A stretch of 64,000 bases of DNA from Calditrichia bacterium (GTDB taxonomy: Bacteria; Calditrichota; Calditrichia; Calditrichales; J004), in NCBI GenBank assembly GCA_020635035.1, contig JACKAO010000006.1, positions 57,583 to 121,582 on the forward strand, given 5' to 3'. Made by a program: the position numbers and the translations under genes. Below, one piece after another: positions 37,732-47,573 of this stretch. Numbering within the stretch: position 1 is the first letter of the stretch; each line of letters starts with the position of its first letter. The notes under the pieces were generated by a model. That model did no database searches. It was not told the DNA's origin and saw only the letters and a list, made by a program, of their open reading frames with translations.

Positions 37732-38484
37732 ATGAAATTCAGAATAGTCAGTTTTGTTACAGGTCTTTTATTGATAAGTATTGCAGTAAGTGCTTATAAT
37801 TTCTGGCAGGTTCCGGCAGTTGCCAAAATTACTTTTCCGTTGGGCAGCGTTATGGTGCTTCCAAAAGGCGAAAAGAAAATGCAGAAAGCCGGTTTTAATC
37901 AGGATCTTTTTCCGGGAGACAAAGTCCGTACAGAGAAACAGGCCCGCTGCGAAATAAAATATAATGACGGAAGTATTGTACGTATAGATCAGCAAAGTAT
38001 TTACACCATTGAAAAAGCGGATATTAAGAAAGATAAAAAAGAAGTTGAATCAAGCCTATCTTTGGGCCGCTTGTGGGCAAATATCAAAAAATTAGCCAGT
38101 TCATCGGATAACTGGCTGTTAAGGGGGCCATCTGCGGTTGTTGCTGTGCGTGGAACAGTATACCGAATGGATGCTATGGAAGATAAATCATCCAAAGTGT
38201 TGGTTTATGAAGGAACTGTAAACGTTGGGCCGCCTTCCTGGGCTCCTGGAAGCGGGGCACAGGGTCAGAATCAGGGCGGGCCACCACGACAGGTACAGGG
38301 TCCGACACAGGTTAAAGGGCCAAGCCAGGTGACATTAGAACAATGGGTTGAAATTGTAAAAGCGCAGCAGCAGATTGTTGTCCAACCCGATGGAAGCTTC
38401 CAGAAATCAGATTTTGATCTGGTCGCAGACGCGCAAAGCAGCTGGGTTAAATGGAACATGGAAAGAGATAAGCTGATAAAGTAA
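37732..38484 (+). CDS. FecR-domain protein with Gly/Pro/Gln-rich segment
   Basis: N-terminal TM. GD.V.T......EI.Y.DGS.VR...QS.. and VAVRGTVY FecR-type motifs. Low-complexity GPPSWAPGSGAQGQNQGGPPRQVQGPTQVKGPSQV. Confidence 0.6.
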   Translation: MKFRIVSFVTGLLLISIAVSAYNFWQVPAVAKITFPLGSVMVLPKGEKKMQKAGFNQDLFPGDKVRTEKQARCEIKYNDGSIVRIDQQSIYTIEKADIKKDKKEVESSLSLGRLWANIKKLASSSDNWLLRGPSAVVAVRGTVYRMDAMEDKSSKVLVYEGTVNVGPPSWAPGSGAQGQNQGGPPRQVQGPTQVKGPSQVTLEQWVEIVKAQQQIVVQPDGSFQKSDFDLVADAQSSWVKWNMERDKLIK

Positions 38485-38511
38485 ATCACTACTGTACTTT
38501 GATGTTTTTAA

Positions 38512-38550
38512 AGGCTGTTCAAATTTTTGGGCAGCCTTTTTTTGTTTTTT
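38512..38550 (+). terminator. rho-independent terminator after FecR-like gene
   Basis: 11-bp stem AGGCTGTTCAA / TTGGGCAGCCT (two G:U pairs), 4-nt loop, then TTTTTTTGTTTTTT. Confidence 0.75.
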
Positions 38551-38672
38551 GCAGATCGAATAGATTAAGTGAATAATTTTAATGTGTTAATTCGTTATGC
38601 AAAATAAGTAGCATCAATTTTTTATATTACTGTAAATTAGATTACAACCAATCATATAATCGAAGAATAGCG

Positions 38673-39758
38673 ATGAATCAGAACTTATTTGAAGTCGATA
38701 AACTTCTTGATGGTGCTTCCGGGATAGGAACATCTATTGCCCAGGAAACACGTGAATTAAGCGAGTTTGTTAAAGATAAATCCAATGATCTGATTGACAG
38801 AGTTTCAGCTTACGAAGATATTATCAGCCTGGAAATTGGGGACACATCACTTTCACGAGCGAGAAACATTGAACGTGAAGCAAATATGCGGCAGATTTAT
38901 TTAAAATTTGAAGGGGGCAATCCCACAGGTACTCAAAAAGACCGGATTGCGTTTGCCCAATGCCTGGATGCACTGCGACGCGGTTATGAGACTGTAACCC
39001 TGGCAACATGTGGAAATTATGGAGCAGCCATGGCTTTAGCTGCTGAACTGGCAGGATTAAAATGTATTATCTGTATTCCTGAGAGTTATCATACCAAACG
39101 TATAAATGAAATGAGTAAAATGGGTTCGGAGATTGAGCGTGTTTCCGGAAGTTATGAAGACTCTGTCGATTATTCGATTAAAATGGCCTGGGATAAGGAG
39201 TATTACGATGCGAATCCGGGTGGTGTTAATACTTCCATACAGTTGAAAGCATATGCAGAAATAGCAATGGAGATCTATGACATTCTCAGGGATGCCCCAA
39301 AGATTGTAGCCGCTCCTGTATCAAACGGAACATTGCTGGCGGGCGTGTTCAGGGGATTTGTAAGCTTGTATAAACGCGGGAAAACATCGCGTCTTCCTAA
39401 GATGATTGCTGCTTCATCTACAAATAAAAACCCGATTATTGTATCCTTTAAAAAAGGTTTGAAGAGCTGCAGGGATCTTAATCCTACAGGTATCAAAGAA
39501 ACAAAAATTAATGAACCTTTGATTAACTGGCATTCATTTGATGGCGACGAAGCTTTATGGGCTTTATATGATTCTGATGGCGCGTCCAGATGGGTTAGTG
39601 ATAAAAAACTAATGGATTACTCAAAAATTTTAAAGGACCGGGAAGGACTGAATGTTTTGCCTGCATCTACTGCCGGACTCATTGGTTTGCTTGAAATGCA
39701 TAAAGAAAAGCCGTTTGAAGGGGATCGTTATGTTACTATTCTTACCGGGAGAAAATAA
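38673..39758 (+). CDS. fold-type-II PLP-dependent enzyme (threonine-synthase / cysteine-synthase-like)
   Basis: PLP-lysine motif FEGGNPTGTQKDRIA, ATCGNYGAAMA and PVSNGTLLAG glycine loop. 361 aa. Reaction not assignable. Confidence 0.7.
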   Translation: MNQNLFEVDKLLDGASGIGTSIAQETRELSEFVKDKSNDLIDRVSAYEDIISLEIGDTSLSRARNIEREANMRQIYLKFEGGNPTGTQKDRIAFAQCLDALRRGYETVTLATCGNYGAAMALAAELAGLKCIICIPESYHTKRINEMSKMGSEIERVSGSYEDSVDYSIKMAWDKEYYDANPGGVNTSIQLKAYAEIAMEIYDILRDAPKIVAAPVSNGTLLAGVFRGFVSLYKRGKTSRLPKMIAASSTNKNPIIVSFKKGLKSCRDLNPTGIKETKINEPLINWHSFDGDEALWALYDSDGASRWVSDKKLMDYSKILKDREGLNVLPASTAGLIGLLEMHKEKPFEGDRYVTILTGRK

Positions 39759-40825
39759 TGAAGAAAAATAATTGTATTGTATACTGCCAGGGTGCTTTTA
39801 ATACACCAAACGGGAAGACCGCTCACGGTTTGGTTCGTTTTACGGAACGGTATAATGTTGTTGCAGTGATCGATTCTGTTTATTCAGGAAAAGATGCCGG
39901 CCATGTCTTAGACAATCGCCCAAATACTATTCCGATTGTAAAGGACCTGAGAGAAGCTGTTCGTATTGCAGATGAGAAAAAATTAAAACCTGATTATCTG
40001 GTAATGGGAATTGCACCTGATGGCGGAAGACTTTCTGCGGAAGCAAAAGATGACATTCGTGAAGCCATTTCTATGGGATTAAATATTGACAGCGGACTGC
40101 ATGATTTCTTGAGTGATGACCCGGAAATGGTCGCATTGGCAAACGAAAAAGGCTGCACCATTCGTGATATCCGTAAGACCCCTGGAAGAGATAAACTGCA
40201 TTTTTTCAGTGGTAAGATTGAAGAAGTAGACTGCTTAAAAATCGCTGTACTCGGCACAGATTCTGCAATAGGGAAAAGGACTACTGCATGGATAATAATC
40301 CATGGTTTGCGTAAAGCCGGTTATAAAGGTGAACTTGTCGGTACCGGACAAACTGCCTGGATGCAGGGTGCGAAATATTCGCTGGTGATGGATTCCTTAA
40401 TAAATGATTTTGTTTCAGGGGAAATAGAGCATGCAGTGCATGAAGCATGGCAAAATGAAAACCCGGATGTTATTGTTATTGAAGGGCAGGGTAGTTTAAT
40501 GAATCCCGCTTATCCGGGCGGATTTGAAATTCTTGCTGCCGGCCGGCCGGATTTTGTGATTCTCCAGCATGCACCCAAACGCTTGGAATATGATGGTTTT
40601 CCAGGATATAAATTGCATTCCCTTCCGCAGCAAATACAGGCGATTGAAGTTATTTCGGGGGTTAAAGTGAAAGCCATTACTATTAATCATGAAAATATGG
40701 ATGCTGCAGAAATAAAAATAGCCTGTAAAGATATTCTGCAAGAAACAGGATTACCTGCATTTGATGTTCTTGCTGATGGACCGGAACAGCTTGTAAAGCT
40801 GATTATAAGTGAATTGAAATCATAA
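39758..40825 (+). CDS. DUF1611-family protein (P-loop-like; DgcN-type N-acetyltransferase family)
   Basis: GTDSAIGKRTT and IEGQGSLMNPAYPG motifs typical of DUF1611. 355 aa. Start overlaps the upstream stop (TAATG). Confidence 0.7.
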   Translation: MKKNNCIVYCQGAFNTPNGKTAHGLVRFTERYNVVAVIDSVYSGKDAGHVLDNRPNTIPIVKDLREAVRIADEKKLKPDYLVMGIAPDGGRLSAEAKDDIREAISMGLNIDSGLHDFLSDDPEMVALANEKGCTIRDIRKTPGRDKLHFFSGKIEEVDCLKIAVLGTDSAIGKRTTAWIIIHGLRKAGYKGELVGTGQTAWMQGAKYSLVMDSLINDFVSGEIEHAVHEAWQNENPDVIVIEGQGSLMNPAYPGGFEILAAGRPDFVILQHAPKRLEYDGFPGYKLHSLPQQIQAIEVISGVKVKAITINHENMDAAEIKIACKDILQETGLPAFDVLADGPEQLVKLIISELKS

Positions 40826-40854
40826 ACGTTAAAATCTTATAGGATTTAACTGAA

Positions 40855-43194
40855 ATGGATGAAATTAAAAATCTTCAGGATTTTGTAAAAATTAAACAAT
40901 TAAAAGTTGGTCCGTTAATTATTGAAAAGAAGCGCCTGAAAGCGCCCTATGAAGTAACTCATTTCGATGGAAAAACAGATTCAACAAATTTTATTTACAG
41001 TTATGATGAAGCAGTCTTTGATTCAGCAAAGCCTGAAAATGTAAATCTTGCTTCGATGATGGCGGCACAGGTTGCTTTAAATTATGGTCTGTTTTGCGAA
41101 GAAATAGTTTTTGACGGATTATATGACGATGCAGATCGTCGTTTTATAATCGATAAAATGGAAAATACAAGCCGTGAGATATACATAAACAAACTGATTA
41201 TGCCCAATCTTTTCCTAAAGCCGGAATTCAGTAATCTCACCGTTGAAAAACAGCCGAAATACACTGCAAGTAAAATAAAATTTATCAATACCCGGTATGA
41301 TAAGCTTCAGGTTAACTGGAAATATGCAGTAAAAAATCATGATGCATATGCCATTCTCAGCAGTGGTGGAAAAGACAGTCTTTTGACCTATGGAATAATG
41401 AAAGAAATCGGAAAAGATGTACATCCTGTTTTTGTAAACGAAGCCGGCAGGCACTGGTTTACAGCACTTAATTCTTTCCGTCATTATCAGTCAGTGGAGC
41501 CGAATACAGCGCGTGTATGGTGCAACAGTGACCGTGTATTTTCATGGATGCTGCGCCAGTTTTCGTTCATCAGGGATGATTTTAATAAGATTCGTGCGGA
41601 CGACTACCCAATCCGGCTATGGACGGTCGCTGTGTTTTTGTTTGGGGTATTGCCAATTGTTCATAAGCGCGGGATTGGCAGGATTCTTATCGGGGATGAA
41701 TATGACAGCACCCAAAAGGTGACACATGAAGGACTGACTCACTATAACGGGTTGTTTGATCAGAGTAAATATTTCGATAATGCGCTTACCCGTTATTATA
41801 TGAAAAAAGCATGGAATATCTTCCAGTTCTCTATATTGCGCAGTCTTTCAGAAATGCTGATTCTTAAGATTCTTGTAAAACGTTATCCCGATCTTCAGCA
41901 GCACCAGGTATCCTGCCATGCGGCTCATGAAAAGGATGGCCGGATCTACCCATGCGGGAATTGCGAGAAGTGCCGGCGCATAGTTGGCATGCTTATGGCC
42001 ATGGATGAAGATCCAGCCAGGTGCGGATATACAGAAACCAAAGTTGCAGCGGCCTTATCCAATCTTGAGCAGAATAAAGTTAAACAAATCGGTTCGGATG
42101 CTGCACATTTATATCATTTGTTATTAAGTAAAAATTTAATTGCTGAAAACGAACACACTAAAAGAATAGCCGGTGAACATAATTATATCCTTAAGCTGCG
42201 ATTTGATAATGAACGCAGCATGATGAGTGATTTGCCGGAAGACATTCGCAGTAATCTTTTCAGGATTTATCTGCAGTATGCAGATGGTGCAGTGAATCTG
42301 GTCAATCGTAAATGGCAGGATTTTGATGTTCTGAACAGTAAGTTGCTGGAAAAAGATTATCCGTTTGAAGCAAAACGTATTCAGCAAAACATTTCCGCAT
42401 CTGAGAACACGGACACCGAATATCTGTGGGAAAACATGACCTGGCAAGAGATCGAAGATCGTTTAAGTCTGGTTGATACGGCAATCCTTCCATGCGGTGC
42501 TATTGAACAGCATGGACCGCATTTACCTGTTGATATCGACTATTTTGATGCAAGAATCCTGGCAGCTAAAGTCGCTGAAGCCTGCAGTGATCCTAAACCA
42601 TTTGTATTGCCGGCTGTTCCGTTTGGCGTTTCCTATCATCATGAAGATTTTAAAGGAACACTGAGTGTTACCAATGATGCATTATCGCGATTTATTTATG
42701 ACATTGGGATGAGCCTGGCAAAAAATGGGATTAAGAAGCTGATCATTCTTAATGGACATGGCGATAATGCTCCAACATTAAATTATGCGGCGCAAATGAT
42801 TAACCGGGATTCACAAATATTTGTTTGTGTTGAAACGGGGGAAACGAGTGATAAAGACTTGTATGAACTTGTGGAAACGCATAACGATATTCATGCAGGC
42901 GAAATTGAAACCAGCACGACTCTAGCAATTCGTCCGGATAAAGTTAAAATGGAAAAAGCTGTTAATGAGACGCTCACCTTTGGCAGCAGTTATCTTGATT
43001 TTACTTCATCGCGCGGGGTTTCGTGGTATATCAGGACAAAAAAAATATCCCAGTCGGGGATCATGGGTGACCCAACAAAAGCCAGTGCCGAAAAAGGGCG
43101 CAAAATGTGGGAAATTATGATTGCCCATCTGGTTAAATTTGTCGAAGAAATTAAAAAAAGCAACCTGGAAGATTTATATCAAAAAAGATACTAA
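40855..43194 (+). CDS. fusion protein: N-terminal PP-loop ATP pyrophosphatase (adenine-nucleotide alpha-hydrolase) with Cys cluster + C-terminal creatininase-fold amidohydrolase
   Basis: SGGKDS PP-loop at nt 41362-41379 (aa 170-175). Cys354...Cys367-x2-Cys370-x2-Cys373 (CGNCEKCRR) at nt 41914-41973. Creatininase motifs from about aa 528: LPCGAIEQHGPHLP, VPFGVSYHH, LNGHGDN, HAGEIETS. Confidence 0.7.
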   Translation: MDEIKNLQDFVKIKQLKVGPLIIEKKRLKAPYEVTHFDGKTDSTNFIYSYDEAVFDSAKPENVNLASMMAAQVALNYGLFCEEIVFDGLYDDADRRFIIDKMENTSREIYINKLIMPNLFLKPEFSNLTVEKQPKYTASKIKFINTRYDKLQVNWKYAVKNHDAYAILSSGGKDSLLTYGIMKEIGKDVHPVFVNEAGRHWFTALNSFRHYQSVEPNTARVWCNSDRVFSWMLRQFSFIRDDFNKIRADDYPIRLWTVAVFLFGVLPIVHKRGIGRILIGDEYDSTQKVTHEGLTHYNGLFDQSKYFDNALTRYYMKKAWNIFQFSILRSLSEMLILKILVKRYPDLQQHQVSCHAAHEKDGRIYPCGNCEKCRRIVGMLMAMDEDPARCGYTETKVAAALSNLEQNKVKQIGSDAAHLYHLLLSKNLIAENEHTKRIAGEHNYILKLRFDNERSMMSDLPEDIRSNLFRIYLQYADGAVNLVNRKWQDFDVLNSKLLEKDYPFEAKRIQQNISASENTDTEYLWENMTWQEIEDRLSLVDTAILPCGAIEQHGPHLPVDIDYFDARILAAKVAEACSDPKPFVLPAVPFGVSYHHEDFKGTLSVTNDALSRFIYDIGMSLAKNGIKKLIILNGHGDNAPTLNYAAQMINRDSQIFVCVETGETSDKDLYELVETHNDIHAGEIETSTTLAIRPDKVKMEKAVNETLTFGSSYLDFTSSRGVSWYIRTKKISQSGIMGDPTKASAEKGRKMWEIMIAHLVKFVEEIKKSNLEDLYQKRY

Positions 43195-43196
43195 AA

Positions 43197-44273
43197 ATGA
43201 AAATCACACATCTTGAATGCTGGGCTCAGGATTTAACAATCAATGAACCATATACTATAGCTTATGAAACAGTCTCACATTGCACGAATGTATTTTTGCG
43301 GGCAGAAACAGATTCCGGGATATCAGGGTGGGGATGCGCCGCGCCGGATGCCGTAATTACAGGGGAAACAGGCGGTTCAGTAGTGCAGGCGTACAACGAT
43401 TTTATTTTTCCTTTATTAAAGGATTTTGATCCTTTCCGCTATGCTTCAGCCGCAGAGCAAATAAAAAAACAACTTGTTAAGCAGCCGTCTGCTTGTGCTA
43501 TGGCAGATATGCTTCTTTACGATTTAATGGCGAGAAAGGCAGGCGAACCTCTATATAAATTTTTAGGTGGTTTCCGGGATTTTATTCCTACCAGTATTAC
43601 TATCGGCATCCTGCCAGTTGAAGAAACACTGAAAAAGGCGAAACAATTTATAAAAAGCGGTTTCTCCATTCTAAAAATAAAAGGTGGCTGTAATGTTGAA
43701 GATGATATCCGTAAATTAAATCTTGTGCGTCAGAAAATGGGTCCGCAAATAGAGATACGTTTTGATGCAAACCAGGGATATAATCTTGAGCAGGCAATTG
43801 AATTTATCAGGGAAACAAAAGATGCGGAAATTGAGTTGCTTGAGCAACCCACCGATAAAATGAATGAAGAACTGCTTGGTCAGGTTACAAAGAATGTTGA
43901 CATACCGGTGATGGCTGATGAAAGCTTGATGAATCTGAAAGATGTATTTAGATTAACAGCCAATAATTTTACAGATATGATCAACATTAAGCTGATGAAA
44001 GCCGGGGGCATAACAGAAGCAATGCATATTAATTCTGTTGCAAAAGCTGCTGGTGTCGAATCTATGATTGGCTGCATGGATGAATCGGCGCTGGCTATTT
44101 CGGCAGGACTTCATTTTGCATTATCACGCCCAAATATTTCTTACGCAGATTTGGACGGACATCTTGATTTACAGGATGATCCATTTGCAGGCACGGTTAT
44201 TCTGAAAGAAGGTGTCCTTTATCCTGTGGATGCGAATGGTTTTTCAGGAAAAATAAGAAAGAAATGGTTTTAA
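43197..44273 (+). CDS. enolase-superfamily dipeptide / N-acyl-amino-acid epimerase (L-Ala-D/L-Glu epimerase family)
   Basis: KIKGG (KxK), RFDANQGY, LEQP, PVMADES, NIKLMKAGG and GCMDES motifs of the MLE-subgroup epimerases. Confidence 0.8.
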   Translation: MKITHLECWAQDLTINEPYTIAYETVSHCTNVFLRAETDSGISGWGCAAPDAVITGETGGSVVQAYNDFIFPLLKDFDPFRYASAAEQIKKQLVKQPSACAMADMLLYDLMARKAGEPLYKFLGGFRDFIPTSITIGILPVEETLKKAKQFIKSGFSILKIKGGCNVEDDIRKLNLVRQKMGPQIEIRFDANQGYNLEQAIEFIRETKDAEIELLEQPTDKMNEELLGQVTKNVDIPVMADESLMNLKDVFRLTANNFTDMINIKLMKAGGITEAMHINSVAKAAGVESMIGCMDESALAISAGLHFALSRPNISYADLDGHLDLQDDPFAGTVILKEGVLYPVDANGFSGKIRKKWF

Positions 44274-44280
44274 GAATTTT

Positions 44281-44934
44281 TCAGATTAATTTTTGAAGCT
44301 GTATCTTAACGTCTTGGAAATTTTCTAAGATTAAATTGGCTTGGTTTAAGTATTTTTCAGTTAATGTTGTTTTAACGGCTATAACAAAACAACCGGCTGC
44401 TTTCCCTGCTTTTATACCCAACGGGGCATTTTCAATTACAATACAATCTGCAGGATTCAATAATAATTTTTCTGCACCTTTAGTAAATGGTTCAGGATAT
44501 GGTTTTCCATTTTTTACATCATCGATGGTAACAATTGCTGAAAAATAGTCTTTAAAATAATTTTCTATAACATTGGAGACCCGGTCGCGATTGCCACCAG
44601 TTACAACAGCCATTGGAATATGTTTGTTTTTTAAGAAATCGATCAATTCAAAAAATGAATCATAGAATTGAATTTTTTCAAAAGAATAATAATGTCGGGC
44701 CTTAGCTTCAATGATATCGAGAAGCTCCTTTTCTTTCAGACCGTATGGTTCTCCCAGCATTCTTGCGATAGTGGAAAGACCCTGGCCTTCGAGCTGGAAA
44801 AAACTCTCTTTAGTGAAAGTGATATTTTTTTCTGCAAATGCTTTACTCCAGGCATCATAATGCTGATGCATACTGTCGATTACAACACCATCAAAATCGA
44901 ATAAAACACCTTTATACTTTTTTTCGAAAACCAT
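44281..44934 (-). CDS. HAD-superfamily hydrolase (beta-phosphoglucomutase-like subfamily)
   Basis: LFDFDGVVIDS (motif I DxD), VVTGG and GKPYPEPF motifs. Start moved to the Met at 44934 (MVFEKKYKGVLFDFDG) because the listed extension overlaps the upstream gene. Confidence 0.75.
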   Translation of the reverse strand: MVFEKKYKGVLFDFDGVVIDSMHQHYDAWSKAFAEKNITFTKESFFQLEGQGLSTIARMLGEPYGLKEKELLDIIEAKARHYYSFEKIQFYDSFFELIDFLKNKHIPMAVVTGGNRDRVSNVIENYFKDYFSAIVTIDDVKNGKPYPEPFTKGAEKLLLNPADCIVIENAPLGIKAGKAAGCFVIAVKTTLTEKYLNQANLILENFQDVKIQLQKLI

Positions 44935-44971
44935 TAATAAACCTGAATAAAAATTTCCGGATGAGCAGACC

Positions 44972-45916
44972 TTAGGAATTGTAAACAACAACCTGATCGC
45001 GGCCGTTATTTTTTGCTTCGTAGAGTGCCAGATCTGCATTTTTAATCAGCTCATCAACCTGCTGCACCAAATTGGACGAGCAGATACCGGCACTTATTGT
45101 AATATTGATCTGATCATTTTCATTAATTTTTATAATTGTTTTTCTAATCAGATCACTGATCCTGTTTATAAAAAGCTCCATTTCCTGCTGATTAGCGGTA
45201 AGGGATAAAATTGTAAATTCTTCGCCACCGTACCTGAAGGCAAAATCCAATCCGTCTCTTTGATTGCTAAGCAGAATAGCAGCAACAGTCCGTAAAACAT
45301 GATCACCGGCATCGTGGCCATATGAATCATTTACTTTTTTGAAAAAATCTAAATCCAGAAAGGCCAGGCAGAATAAAACTTGTTTACTATGCCATCTTTC
45401 CCAAAAGCGTTGTATCATTTTGTTAAATGAACGCCTGTTTAATAACTTGGTTAAAGGATCTATCGTTGCTTCGATACGGTATTTTTCATTCTGATCCAAA
45501 AGATCTTCGGTCACTTCGGAGAGTAAATCAAATTTTTTAAAAGGCGTGTTAAGCAAATTATAGCGACGAATAACCTTTTTTAAATTACGTTCGAGCTCAT
45601 TCTTTTCTGCCGGATAATCGAGCATATAGTTAACATGAGCCCTGTTTATAGCATTCCTGATAATGCTTACATTTTGAGTTTGAGAAAGGGCAACACGCTG
45701 ACAAATGATGTTGTATTCCATTAATGAACGCAGAAAATTAATGCCTGATTCATCTTCATCACCAATAATTGCAAAGCCTGCTATTATTTCTGTTGAGAGA
45801 TCATTTTGCATTATTTCTGCAAAAACCCGCCCGGTCAAAACTCGAAAGCCGGCAGCTTCAAGGGTTAAAATCAGAAAATCAGTATCATAGGCTGACTTAT
45901 GAACAATTGCAATCAT
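44972..45916 (-). CDS. GGDEF diguanylate cyclase with degenerate receiver-like N-terminal domain
   Basis: DPLTKLLNRRSF, FLDLDFFKKVNDSYGHDAGD and RYGGEEF active site. The N-terminal ~120 aa have receiver-like spacing but lack the DD pair and the conserved Lys. Confidence 0.8.
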   Translation of the reverse strand: MIAIVHKSAYDTDFLILTLEAAGFRVLTGRVFAEIMQNDLSTEIIAGFAIIGDEDESGINFLRSLMEYNIICQRVALSQTQNVSIIRNAINRAHVNYMLDYPAEKNELERNLKKVIRRYNLLNTPFKKFDLLSEVTEDLLDQNEKYRIEATIDPLTKLLNRRSFNKMIQRFWERWHSKQVLFCLAFLDLDFFKKVNDSYGHDAGDHVLRTVAAILLSNQRDGLDFAFRYGGEEFTILSLTANQQEMELFINRISDLIRKTIIKINENDQINITISAGICSSNLVQQVDELIKNADLALYEAKNNGRDQVVVYNS

Positions 45917-45953
45917 CGTATAATCTCATAAAAAAATTGCAGGAAACCATGGT

Positions 45954-47573
<1,620 letters not shown>

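Noticed and set aside
38551-38672. Possible riboswitch or leader upstream of the PLP/DUF1611 operon.
   Set aside because: The spacer is AT-rich with no evident stable helices or known riboswitch core motifs. It is more likely just a promoter region.
44935-45039. 35-aa N-terminal extension of the HAD hydrolase ORF (listed start 45039).
   Set aside because: The extension overlaps the 3' end of the GGDEF gene by 68 nt and precedes the canonical MVFEKKYKGVLFDFDG start. The internal Met at 44934 is far more plausible.
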